A stretch of DNA of 64,000 nt from an archaeon (GTDB taxonomy: Archaea; Nanobdellota; Nanobdellia; Woesearchaeales; UBA9642): assembly GCA_020057295.1 (NCBI GenBank), contig JAGVGF010000003.1, forward strand, positions 32,001 through 96,000, given 5' to 3'. Both the position numbers and the translations under genes were made by a program. This document shows, piece by piece, positions 29,411 through 39,271 of the stretch; within the stretch, counting starts at the first letter, position 1; each line of letters begins with the position of its first letter. The notes under the pieces were generated by a model. It did not search any database, was not told the DNA's origin, and was given only the letters and a program-made list of their open reading frames with translations.

Positions 29411-29604
29411 CTTTTTTCTTTTACAAAGAAAAACCTGCGCTAAAAAGAAAAGGCTGACAAGGTCAGCATTTTCTAAATGTTTTCTAAGACGACAAAAGAC
29501 CCCTGAATTCTTCACTACTTATCAATAACAACCAAAACCTTTATAAAGCACTTAATAATCTGAACATCCGGTATACAAATGTATATCATAACGGAGGAGA
29601 TAAA

Positions 29605-30360
29605 ATGACTAGAGTTCACGAACCAAAGCAAATACAAGTAAATAAAGTACAATCTTCAAAGATAAAGAATTTTTTATCGGATAAAGGATATCCTGAAGCG
29701 GAATATATTATGGGTGAAGGAATGGAAACTGTTTACATTAACAGCCCAGACGCTCAAGCAAGTTTAATGTTATTATTCAGCGAGTCATTAAATCATTATG
29801 CGAGAACTACAAGAGGATTTGTAGAAGCATGTTTAAGAGATGAGGTTAGATCTAAGGAACACCCAAATGGAAGAGTTTACATAAAATTAAGTACTGATGG
29901 TGTAGCTTTCTATAAGAAAAATTTAGATCCTAACAGTTCAGTGTTTGGTTTAGATGATCCACAAGGATTTTTACATTCTGATGATCTTAGCGTAGAACCA
30001 TCAGCAACATATAAAATTAATGGACGTATCAATCGAAGATTCTCTGCAGTAGCACCTGGTATAGATAAAAGAATACCTTCTGATTTAGAAATGAATGTTT
30101 TGGATGGCGCAGAATCTGTTGTGTCAATACCTATTACTGAAGATCAGATTTTAGGATGCTCAGAAGTAGTTGAATTTAATCAACCTGGTTTTAAAAAAGG
30201 TAAGGGAAAATATTCTGGATCTCTTGGCATACCTACTCCAAAACGTGATTGTTTAGATGTAGTTTGTTCTTTAGGTTCTAATTTAGTTTATCTAAGAATG
30301 GATCCTGAAGTTGCACAACATCTTGATAACTTAAAAAAAAGTATGGAACAAGAAAAATAA
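29605..30360 (+). CDS. Hypothetical protein
   Basis: 251-aa ORF with GGAGG SD and upstream TATA. Confidence 0.65.
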   Translation: MTRVHEPKQIQVNKVQSSKIKNFLSDKGYPEAEYIMGEGMETVYINSPDAQASLMLLFSESLNHYARTTRGFVEACLRDEVRSKEHPNGRVYIKLSTDGVAFYKKNLDPNSSVFGLDDPQGFLHSDDLSVEPSATYKINGRINRRFSAVAPGIDKRIPSDLEMNVLDGAESVVSIPITEDQILGCSEVVEFNQPGFKKGKGKYSGSLGIPTPKRDCLDVVCSLGSNLVYLRMDPEVAQHLDNLKKSMEQEK

Positions 30361-30522
30361 TTTTTTATTTTTTTTAATTAAAAAACATTCTTTAAAAGGA
30401 TGTTTTCATTACATTTTTAAAGTTCTTCTTCTGAACATAATTACATTTGATACAAGATAAAATAAAAGGATTAAATACTAGTAATAACTAGTGATAATAA
30501 ATATAGAGGTAAAATAAATAAA

Positions 30523-31842
30523 ATGATAGAAATTATGCCAATTGGCGGATTTAGAGAAGTCGGTAAGAATTGTACCGCAATAAAAGTTGATAATGAAGTG
30601 ATTATTCTCGATATGGGTTTACATTTACAGCATTACATAGATTATACACAAGATGAGGATGAAGCAGATTTATCCTTAGAAAAATTGATTGAAATAAAGG
30701 CTGTGCCAGATATTAATATGATTAAGGATTGGATTCCATTAACAAAAGCTATCTGTATTAGTCACGCACATTTAGATCATGTAGGTGCAGCACCATTCTT
30801 AGCATCAAAGTTCAAATGTCCGATACATGGAACACCTTATACTATAGAAGTTTTAAAGGCATTAATTGCAGATAAGGAGATACGCGTACATAATAAATTA
30901 ATATCACACGATGCTAATGCCATGTTCAGAGTTTCTGACAATATAAAAATAGAGTTTATCAGCGTAACACATTCAGTAGTTCATACAGCATTAGTGGCTG
31001 TGCATACAAAGTATGGCACAGTAGTTTATGCTAATGATTTCAAGCTAGATAATCAACCAACTCTTGGTTTAAAGTCGAATATAGGGCGAATGAAAGAAAT
31101 GAAAAACGTTAAAGCTTTGATAATTGATTCATTATATGCGCATAAGCCTATAAAGACTCCATCGGAATCAGTTGCCAGGGAATTGTTAAGAGATGTGATG
31201 TTGAGTACTAATAGTAAAGGAAAAGCAATGATTATATCTACATTCTCAAGTCATCTTGCAAGAATAAAATCTATACTAGAATTTTCAAAAATTCTTAATA
31301 GACAAGTAGTATTTCTTGGTAGAAGTATTGAAAAATATATTATGGCGGGAGAAAGATGTGGTATTGTCGAATTTTCTAAGCAAGCAAAGATAATAAAATA
31401 TCGGCGTGAAGTTCAAAAATTCTTGAAAAATTGTAAAAATCCAGAAGATTATGTATTTGTAGTTACAGGACATCAGGGAGAACCAAAATCTGTTCTAGCA
31501 AGAATGATATTCAACAATTATTTCCAGTTTAGGACTGAAGATATTGTAATATTTAGTTGTCACGTCATTCCAGGAGAAGCTAATATCAAGAACAGAGAGA
31601 TAATGGAGACAGAATTAAAACGTAAAAAAGTAAGGATTTTCAGAGATATTCACGTATCTGGACACGGTGCAAGAGAGGATCAAAGAGATTTAATAAATCT
31701 TATAGAACCGCAAATACTTTTGCCAGCACACTCAGAAATAAACGTAACAGAACAATTCTTAGAACTAGCAGAAGAAATGGGATACAAAGAAAATAAGAAC
31801 GTCTTCATATTAAAGAATGGACACAAGTTTAAGATAGAATAA
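30523..31842 (+). CDS. rnj: Ribonuclease J (beta-CASP metallo-beta-lactamase)
   Basis: GGFREVGKN, SHAHLDH, THS, DFKLD, FSSHLAR, TGHQGEP, HVSGH, PAH. Confidence 0.92.
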   Translation: MIEIMPIGGFREVGKNCTAIKVDNEVIILDMGLHLQHYIDYTQDEDEADLSLEKLIEIKAVPDINMIKDWIPLTKAICISHAHLDHVGAAPFLASKFKCPIHGTPYTIEVLKALIADKEIRVHNKLISHDANAMFRVSDNIKIEFISVTHSVVHTALVAVHTKYGTVVYANDFKLDNQPTLGLKSNIGRMKEMKNVKALIIDSLYAHKPIKTPSESVARELLRDVMLSTNSKGKAMIISTFSSHLARIKSILEFSKILNRQVVFLGRSIEKYIMAGERCGIVEFSKQAKIIKYRREVQKFLKNCKNPEDYVFVVTGHQGEPKSVLARMIFNNYFQFRTEDIVIFSCHVIPGEANIKNREIMETELKRKKVRIFRDIHVSGHGAREDQRDLINLIEPQILLPAHSEINVTEQFLELAEEMGYKENKNVFILKNGHKFKIE

Positions 31843-31854
31843 GCTATTATAAAA

Positions 31855-32508
31855 ATGGAAAAATATCTCGGAATATTAGAAAATGAATTAAAGAAAACAT
31901 TTAAGAAAGATTATTCTCATGATGTACATCATTTGAAAAGAGTTCTAAAACTATCTTTGTTTATTCAAAAACATGAAGGCGGAGATAAGAAAGTGATTGC
32001 GATAGCAGCATTATTGCATGACGTTCATCGTTTAATTCAATCTGAAACAGATAAGTATTGTTCTCCAAAAGATTCAATCTCTGAAATAAATAAATTTTTG
32101 TTAAAAATTAGTTTGACGGAAGAGCAGAAAGAAAAAATATTATATGCTATAGAATGTCATGAGAGTTATCCTTTTGGTAAAAATTCTGTGAAGATAAAGT
32201 CTATCGAAGCAAAAATATTGCAGGATGCTGATAGACTCGATGCTACCGGAGCGATAGGTGTAGCTAGATGTTTTATGTATTCTGGAAGGTATAAACAACC
32301 ACTGTATGTTCCAGAAATTTCTCTTAAAGGAAAATATGATGTTTCGAAAATGACTGATCCATCAAGCATACATCATTTCTACTATAAATTACTAAAATTG
32401 GGTTCTAATATGAACACTAAAACTGGTAAGAACTTGGCATCGGAAAGACATAGATTTATGGAACATTTCTTAAAAGAATTCTTCGATGAGTGGGAAGGAA
32501 AGAAATAA
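31855..32508 (+). CDS. HD-domain phosphohydrolase
   Basis: HDVHHLKRV, AALLHDV, QDADRLDATGAIGVAR. Confidence 0.88.
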   Translation: MEKYLGILENELKKTFKKDYSHDVHHLKRVLKLSLFIQKHEGGDKKVIAIAALLHDVHRLIQSETDKYCSPKDSISEINKFLLKISLTEEQKEKILYAIECHESYPFGKNSVKIKSIEAKILQDADRLDATGAIGVARCFMYSGRYKQPLYVPEISLKGKYDVSKMTDPSSIHHFYYKLLKLGSNMNTKTGKNLASERHRFMEHFLKEFFDEWEGKK

Positions 32509-32535
32509 GTATTTTTACTTTCTCTCAACGTTGTT

Positions 32536-32934
32536 CTAATCAAAATATCTCGGATCATCGCTTCTAACGATTTGATTACGAGATTCTTGTTTCTTTTTAA
32601 TTTCAGGATTTTTCTTTTCCTGTTCAAATTTTATTTGTTTAACTTTGTTACTTATAATTTGTTCTTTAACCTTTGGCGTTTCCATGACTTGAGAATTTAT
32701 TTCTAGAGCTTTTTTCATGTTTATATTTCCGCATCTTAAACAATTAAAGAAAACACCGAATTTTCCTTCTTGCATTAATAAGTATTCTCCGCACGCACAC
32801 TTCATGTCTTTTAGTATAGAATCTTTGTGATCCTTACATACAGGAACTCCTTGAGAATTCTTGATAAATGCTTGTCTACCACAGAATGGGCACGAGTCTA
32901 TCTTCGATTCACCATAGCGTTTTGGAATAAACAT
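32536..32934 (-). CDS. Zn-finger hypothetical protein
   Basis: CPFC...CKDH and CAC...CLRC motifs. Confidence 0.7.
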   Translation of the reverse strand: MFIPKRYGESKIDSCPFCGRQAFIKNSQGVPVCKDHKDSILKDMKCACGEYLLMQEGKFGVFFNCLRCGNINMKKALEINSQVMETPKVKEQIISNKVKQIKFEQEKKNPEIKKKQESRNQIVRSDDPRYFD

Positions 32935-32976
32935 TATAAAAGTTCAGAGAACTTATTTATATGTTTTTGTATTGAT

Positions 32977-34794
32977 TTATTTTAACTTCCTTAATTCTTC
33001 AATTTCTTCTCTTATTATATTAAATCCACGTTGCCAGAATTCTTCAGATTCAACATCTATCTCTATATCTTTTAATAATTTCATTGGAGGAACGCTTCCG
33101 CCAGCACTTAATAATTTAATATATTTGTCAACAAATTTCTTTCCTTCTTTTTTATACATGTCGAATAAGGATAATACTAATAAATTACCCCATGAATAAG
33201 AATAACAATAGAATGGATGATTGAACATGTGTGCAATGTATGCCCACCCTTTATCGAATACTTCTGGTATATCCATATCTCCGAATTGTTCTACTAAAAG
33301 CTTTCTGTTTTCGACTTCTAAATCTTTAGATGTTGCTCCTGCTAGTATTTTATCATGAGCAATTTGCTCAAACAGTGTGATATATGTTTGTCTTGTTATT
33401 GTTGCAAATTGGTTGTCTAATAATTGTACTAAAACATATTTTCTCTCATTATTGTCTTTAGATTCTTTTAACAACCTATCAGCTAATAACATTTCACTAA
33501 ATACTGATGCCGTTTCACATATAGGAAGTCCAGCATGGTATTGCAGATTATTGTTTTTATTTGCAAACACGAAGTGCACAGCGTGTCCGGTCTCATGAAC
33601 CATTGTAAACAAATCTCTTAATTTATTATTATGATTTAAGAATATATAAGGTATTACATCCGTAGTTGTTGGTGAACAAAATCCTCCTCCACGCTTATTT
33701 GGTGTGGATATAGAATGTATGTGTTTTCCATCGAATATCTTTAGTGCATTATTATAAAATCTCGGATCAAATTTCTGGAAAGTTTCTAGTGTGAAATTTT
33801 TGCAATATTCATAATTGTAAAATTTTTCTTTAATTTTTACAGGTGCGTAAAGATGATATCTTGAGTAAGGATACTTTTGCCCGTCTTTAATGTTTATTGA
33901 ATATTTAAGTTTAAAATATTCTTGGAATAATTTAGTGTTTTTCTTTACAGTATTCATCATTGCATTAACTGCCTTGTCCGTAACATCATCACTAAATGTT
34001 CTTATGCTTATAGGATTTTTATATCCTCTTATTTTTACACCATCATTATACCATGATAATACTACATTTTTGTAAATTTCAGAAAGCAACGTAATATCTT
34101 GTCCGAATCTAGTGAATAGTTTATCAAAAGCCTCTTTACGAAGTTTAGGACTATCCGAATGAATATAAGACACCAGCTCTTCCATGCTTACTTTTTTCCC
34201 TTCAATCTCAAAAGAGTAGTTTGATGTTATAATATCATACATGTCAGAAAATGCTCCAGAACCCGTAACATCTTTTATGTTTATTATTTTCTCAATCTCT
34301 TCACTTTTAGTGTAAGGTTTGGATTTGCGTAATAACTCTAAATAATATTTATAATCTTGTAGATCTTTTGATTCTAGATATCTTTTAGCATCGTTATCAT
34401 TTAATGCTATAAACCATAAAGAGAAGAATATTCCATCATTAGAAAACGTACTAGCTAGCTGTTTTAATTGTGACATCTTAGCAAGGGCATCTTTATCAGT
34501 CGTATTCTCTGCGAACTTCATCTCATAATATGCGCCTATTTTACCAGCGCGAACAATTATGCTTTCTTCAAGAAGAAGTATTTTCCTAAAATCCTCAGGA
34601 TTTAAGTCTTTATTAAGCATAACTCTAAACTTTTTGAATTCTTCAACCATTCCTGTTATTTCTCTAATATGTTGATCAAAACTTTTGCCATTAAGGAGTT
34701 CTTTAAGATCCCACACATCGCCTTTAGCTTTATTGGAGCCAGAATTCGTCTTGATTATGTTTTTAGATGTCTTTGTAGATTTTTGTTTCATCAA
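32977..34794 (-). CDS. pepF: Oligoendopeptidase F (peptidase M3B)
   Basis: WDL start, KRGGGFC, HETGHAVH, ETASVFSE, PFYCYSY, LSAGGS. Confidence 0.9.
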   Translation of the reverse strand: MMKQKSTKTSKNIIKTNSGSNKAKGDVWDLKELLNGKSFDQHIREITGMVEEFKKFRVMLNKDLNPEDFRKILLLEESIIVRAGKIGAYYEMKFAENTTDKDALAKMSQLKQLASTFSNDGIFFSLWFIALNDNDAKRYLESKDLQDYKYYLELLRKSKPYTKSEEIEKIINIKDVTGSGAFSDMYDIITSNYSFEIEGKKVSMEELVSYIHSDSPKLRKEAFDKLFTRFGQDITLLSEIYKNVVLSWYNDGVKIRGYKNPISIRTFSDDVTDKAVNAMMNTVKKNTKLFQEYFKLKYSINIKDGQKYPYSRYHLYAPVKIKEKFYNYEYCKNFTLETFQKFDPRFYNNALKIFDGKHIHSISTPNKRGGGFCSPTTTDVIPYIFLNHNNKLRDLFTMVHETGHAVHFVFANKNNNLQYHAGLPICETASVFSEMLLADRLLKESKDNNERKYVLVQLLDNQFATITRQTYITLFEQIAHDKILAGATSKDLEVENRKLLVEQFGDMDIPEVFDKGWAYIAHMFNHPFYCYSYSWGNLLVLSLFDMYKKEGKKFVDKYIKLLSAGGSVPPMKLLKDIEIDVESEEFWQRGFNIIREEIEELRKLK

Positions 34795-34862
34795 TTAAAA
34801 AGTATTATGCTTCTTTAAATATTTTGTTAAAAGAATAACTCTCATAATTAGAATAATCAAAT

Positions 34863-34932
34863 TTTCTCACTACGTTCGAAACTATTCCTTTTAGACTCTA
34901 AACGGAATATTCTTTCACTTCGTTCAAGGATG
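34863..34932. repeat. REP-like three-hairpin element with TCACT(A/T)CGTTC loops
   Basis: TTTC-TCACTACGTTC-GAAA; TATTCCtTTTAG-act-CTAAAcGGAATA; ATATTCTT-TCACTTCGTTC-AAGGATGT. Confidence 0.5.
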
Positions 34933-35036
34933 TTTTATCTTGGACAAAACATTTTTAAACTCTAAAGAGTTTACAACACTATAATAAGAGTTAATATTTA
35001 AGATAATATTTAAGCACATTAATGGGGGCGTTTAGT

Positions 35037-35774
35037 ATGAAACTAGTCTTAGCTGAAACAAAGCTTATCAAAGAGCCAATAACAATAATTTCTGATCTTG
35101 TTACAGAGGCAAAATTCAAGATAGGAAAGAATGGTATTGAAATGATTGCTATGGATCCAGCAAATGTTGCTATGGTAGTATTCAGATTATTGAGTTCTGC
35201 ATTTGTAGAATATACTGTCAAAGAAGAAACATCTATTGCAATAAATCTAAACAATCTTAAGCAAGTATTGCGTAGAATCAAAGGTAATGATAATTTAACA
35301 TTAGAAGTTGCAGAAAACAAGTTAAAATTGATATTGAGTGGTTCTACTGTTAGAACATTCTTTTTACCATTAATAGATCAGCAGGAAAAAGAGTATAAAG
35401 AGCCAGATTTAAAATTCAAGAGCGTAATTAAGTGTCCATCAACGATGCTTAATGATGCTATTGAAGATGTAGAGATTGTTGCAGAAAGTGTAACATTTCA
35501 ATCAGAAGATAAAAAATTCATTGTAAGCGCTTCAGGCGATTCTGGTAAAGCAACTGTAGATATCAAGGCTGAAGAAGGTGTAAATATTGAAACTACTGAA
35601 AAAGTAAAATCCAAATATTCTGTAGAGTATTTGAAGAAGATGATTCAGGGAAGTAAGATTAGTGGTCAAGTGCACATACAGTTTAGTAAGGATTATCCAT
35701 TAAAACTTGAATATAAAGAAGTAGACAAGATACAGATGGCATTCATCTTAGCACCAAGAATCGAGAACGATTAA
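35037..35774 (+). CDS. pcn: DNA polymerase sliding clamp PCNA
   Basis: AMDPANVAMV, KYSVEYLKKM, DYPLKLEY, FILAPRIE. Confidence 0.95.
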   Translation: MKLVLAETKLIKEPITIISDLVTEAKFKIGKNGIEMIAMDPANVAMVVFRLLSSAFVEYTVKEETSIAINLNNLKQVLRRIKGNDNLTLEVAENKLKLILSGSTVRTFFLPLIDQQEKEYKEPDLKFKSVIKCPSTMLNDAIEDVEIVAESVTFQSEDKKFIVSASGDSGKATVDIKAEEGVNIETTEKVKSKYSVEYLKKMIQGSKISGQVHIQFSKDYPLKLEYKEVDKIQMAFILAPRIEND

Positions 35775-35845
35775 ACTCGATTAATTTTTTATTCTCTATT
35801 TTATTTAATCACAACTTTTTTTAATTCTATATTATTCCATCTATT

Positions 35846-36364
35846 ATGAAGACATATTGCGAAGCTGTTAGGGGTTTACCTGAAGATAATGTTCACAGGA
35901 TTCATCATGACACGGAACACGGTTCAATGCCTGAAAGTGATGATGATATATTCAGAAGGTTAATTTTGGAAATTAATCAGGCAGGATTATCTTTTGATAT
36001 AGTTCTTAAAAAGAAGAAAACACTATATGAAGCATATCCTTCTATAGCTAAAGTTGCCAAATACACGCAAAAGGATATTAAGCGATTAATGAATAATTCT
36101 GGAATCATTAGAAATAGATTAAAAATAGAAGCCGCGATATACAATGCTAAGAAAATACAAGAATTACAAAAAGAATATGGGTCGTTGAGGAAATGGTTAG
36201 ATATAAATCATCCAAAAACTAAAGATGAATGGGTTAAATTATTCAAGAAAAATTTTAAATTTACTGGCGGAGAAATAATCAATGAATTCATGATGAGTAT
36301 ATGTTATTTGCCCGGAGCACATGTCAAAGGCTGTAAATTATATATTAACAGATTACATAAATGA
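35846..36364 (+). CDS. tag: DNA-3-methyladenine glycosylase I
   Basis: HHDTEHG, LILEINQAGLS, GIIRNRLKI, FKFTG, HVKGC. Confidence 0.9.
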   Translation: MKTYCEAVRGLPEDNVHRIHHDTEHGSMPESDDDIFRRLILEINQAGLSFDIVLKKKKTLYEAYPSIAKVAKYTQKDIKRLMNNSGIIRNRLKIEAAIYNAKKIQELQKEYGSLRKWLDINHPKTKDEWVKLFKKNFKFTGGEIINEFMMSICYLPGAHVKGCKLYINRLHK

Positions 36365-36437
36365 TAATTTCAATCTTGTTAGAAGATATGGTCTTATTTA
36401 TATATCGATAAGATATTATAATATTAAAGGTGAAATC

Positions 36438-37175
36438 ATGAAATATGTTGAATATATATTATTAGGCTTATTTATTGCTGTAATTATTGTTTCTGGATGT
36501 GAGAACTCTATACAGACAGACAATCCACCATTTAACGCTCCATGTACTGCCGATGCAAAACTATGTTCTGATGGTACTTCTGTTGGAAGAAATGCAACTA
36601 ATAATTGCGAATTTAATCCTTGTAACGATATAATTTTGAATGAAAAAATATATGTGAGTAATGATACAGAGCAATGTAAAGTTATTAGATTTATGTGTGT
36701 TCAAGGAAAACAACCCTTTTCAAATGAAAATGGCTGTGGATGTGAGTCTATTCCAGCAAACAATTTAACAACAGGTAAATTAAAAACTTATGAATGCATT
36801 GATCCTAGACCAATTGCGTGTACAAAAGAATATATACCTGTATGCGGAAGAACAAACATACAATGTATTACAACGCCATGTAATCCTATAGATGAAACTT
36901 ACGCAAATAAATGCGAAGCATGTTCAAATAAGCTTGTGGATTATTATATAGAAGGTGTATGTCAAAAATCCGCTAGTGAATTGGAGGGACAATGTTTAAG
37001 TGTTAATGGAAGATGGCTTTCCGAGTCAAGAGAATGTGAAGGAATATCACAAGATCATTGCGAATTTATGGGTGGACAGTTTGATGAATGTGCAAGTGCA
37101 TGTAGAAATTATCCTCCAGATGTAAACAGGGCATGCACAATGCAATGTGTTCAAACGTGTCGTTTTAAAATATAA
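36438..37175 (+). CDS. Cys-rich putative lipoprotein with Kazal-like module
   Basis: Lipobox IVSGC, CTADAKLCSDGTSVGR...CEFNPC, CTKEYIPVCG...TYANKCEAC; start at ATG 36438 after GGTGA. Confidence 0.75.
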   Translation: MKYVEYILLGLFIAVIIVSGCENSIQTDNPPFNAPCTADAKLCSDGTSVGRNATNNCEFNPCNDIILNEKIYVSNDTEQCKVIRFMCVQGKQPFSNENGCGCESIPANNLTTGKLKTYECIDPRPIACTKEYIPVCGRTNIQCITTPCNPIDETYANKCEACSNKLVDYYIEGVCQKSASELEGQCLSVNGRWLSESRECEGISQDHCEFMGGQFDECASACRNYPPDVNRACTMQCVQTCRFKI

Positions 37176-37251
37176 TTTTTTTCTTTCTTTTCAACAAATT
37201 TATAAACTTATTATTCCATGGTTAATCTATCATTAAATCAGATGACCAGGG

Positions 37252-37506
37252 GTGGTTTTATTGGCTGAAGACAAAATTGAAAAGAATATGGCAATAGTTG
37301 GTCTTGTATTGAATGTAATAATTCTTCCAGGACTTGGAACATTAATTGGTGGCGGATCAAAGTATAGAACTCAAGGAATCTGGCAATTAATAGTTGCTAT
37401 AGTTAGCATACCATTAATGCTTTTAGTTATAGGATTCTTCTCATGGGCCGCTATGTGGATTTGGGCATTAATCACTGGAATAAAGATGATTCAAGAATCA
37501 ACTTAA
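37252..37506 (+). CDS. Small membrane protein
   Basis: LNVIILPGLGTLIGG plus further TM segments. Confidence 0.65.
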   Translation: MVLLAEDKIEKNMAIVGLVLNVIILPGLGTLIGGGSKYRTQGIWQLIVAIVSIPLMLLVIGFFSWAAMWIWALITGIKMIQEST

Positions 37507-37572
37507 ATTTTCATTTTATTTTTCTTTTCTTCTTTCACAATCTTTAAATAACCCTATCTGATATCATATTCT

Positions 37573-38097
37573 ATGCGTAACAAGTATGTAGGAATAATTG
37601 TTGTTGGTATTTCCTTGCTTATAGGATTTTTAGTATGGTTATTCAATAAATCATTATCAACTATTGTTAACGATAGTTGTAGTCATGGTCCTACATGTCC
37701 TATGTGGGGAAGTATAAGTTTTCAGACTAATGTGGGTTTAGGATTAATGGTTTTTGTAACAGTCGTCGGTTTGTATTTAATATTTTTTGCTAAGGATGAT
37801 CCACAGATAATCAGGGAAGTTCATAGAGAAACAAAAATTGTCAAGGAACAAGTTAAGCCTCGAACTTTAAGTAAAGGGCATTATAGAGATATTTTAGAAA
37901 AATTAGAAGGTGATGATAAGAAAGTTCTTAGTTTAATTATAGATTCTGAAGGTTCTGTATTTCAATCAGAGATAGTTTCAAAAATCGGATTAACAAAAGT
38001 TAAAGTAACAAGAATTCTAGATCGATTAGAAGGTAAAGGTCTTATAGAAAGAAAGAGACGTGGAATGACTAATGTTGTTATACTAAAAAATAATTGA
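37573..38097 (+). CDS. Membrane-anchored wHTH (MarR-like) regulator
   Basis: 2 TM with CSHGPTCPM loop; FQSEIV..TKVKVTRILDRLEGKGLIERKRRGMTN. Confidence 0.8.
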   Translation: MRNKYVGIIVVGISLLIGFLVWLFNKSLSTIVNDSCSHGPTCPMWGSISFQTNVGLGLMVFVTVVGLYLIFFAKDDPQIIREVHRETKIVKEQVKPRTLSKGHYRDILEKLEGDDKKVLSLIIDSEGSVFQSEIVSKIGLTKVKVTRILDRLEGKGLIERKRRGMTNVVILKNN

Positions 38098-38237
38098 TTC
38101 TTCATAATACTTATAAATGCTTATTTTATACTTAGTTCTATGCGTAACAGTTCTTGAAACTGGTTTCACTACTATGTTTATAAGGAGTTTCATTATCCTA
38201 TATACTAGAACTATTGAATTAGCTCAAGGGTGTAACT

Positions 38238-39053
38238 ATGAAAGATTTTATTATTAAGAGAAAATTTGCAGTAATACTAACATGTATATTGCTTATAGTT
38301 GGTACAACACTATATTTTACATTGGGTGCTTACAATCTTGGAGAAATGTCAATAAAAAGCGCAGCTACAATTGAAGAATTAAATGTATTACGTAATGTCC
38401 AATTGAAAGCAGCATATACTGAAGAAGGTAGTATAGATATGTTTGTTCTTGCAAGAAATAATGATCTATCTAAGATTAAACCATTACAAGGTAATTCTAT
38501 ACCCGAAATAGGTGGTATGGTTATAGGTAATGTCGAAGGATCGATGATGCAAGAAGAAAACGAGTTTAAGAATATAGGAGATACTTTAGTTGATTATGAT
38601 ATTACTTTTAGAATTGATGGAATTCTTGATAAGACAGGAACATTCATGGATGATTTTCATTTTATAAGTTCAGAAGAATACACTAAACTATCTGGTGAAG
38701 AAAATGTTTTATTTGTAAAGTTCAAAGATGCAAAAACTCCCAAACTATTTTATTTGTACGATAAGAATAATCCTTCACCAGCGAAAATATCTTTATCAGA
38801 AGGTAATATAAATTTTTACTACAAACATATTATCGGCAAAAAAATCTATTATCCTATAATCATTGGCTATGAAGAGGCTAAGATGATGCGTGAAGAAAAA
38901 TTATTCAATAAAGTAGGAGATACTCTTGAAGGATTTTTTGATAGAGATGTTATGATTGTCGGAATAACACAAAAAACAGATACGGGCTTAGATATGATGC
39001 ATGTTGTAGAAAAAGATTTTTTCGATGAATCATTAAGAGGAACATTAGTATAG
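38238..39053 (+). CDS. Membrane-anchored protein with internal domain duplication (copper locus)
   Basis: N-terminal TM; VIGNVEGSMMQEENEFKNIGDTL and IIGYEEAKMMREEKLFNKVGDTL repeats. Confidence 0.7.
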   Translation: MKDFIIKRKFAVILTCILLIVGTTLYFTLGAYNLGEMSIKSAATIEELNVLRNVQLKAAYTEEGSIDMFVLARNNDLSKIKPLQGNSIPEIGGMVIGNVEGSMMQEENEFKNIGDTLVDYDITFRIDGILDKTGTFMDDFHFISSEEYTKLSGEENVLFVKFKDAKTPKLFYLYDKNNPSPAKISLSEGNINFYYKHIIGKKIYYPIIIGYEEAKMMREEKLFNKVGDTLEGFFDRDVMIVGITQKTDTGLDMMHVVEKDFFDESLRGTLV

Positions 39054-39061
39054 GTGAAAAT

Positions 39062-39271
39062 ATGAAAGATATTGAATTAAAACTTAAAGGAATGCATTGC
39101 AAAAGTTGTGTGATATTAGTTAATGATGCCTTAACAGATATTAAAGGTGTAAAATCTGCAAATGCCAATTTAGAGAAGAGTAATGTAAAGATATCATTTG
39201 ATGATAATTTAGTAAAAGAAAAGCAATTGATTGACGCGATTGAAAAAGAGGGCTATAAGGTGAATAAATAA
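39062..39271 (+). CDS. copZ: Copper chaperone (HMA domain)
   Basis: GMHCKSC, AIEKEGY. Confidence 0.9.
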   Translation: MKDIELKLKGMHCKSCVILVNDALTDIKGVKSANANLEKSNVKISFDDNLVKEKQLIDAIEKEGYKVNK

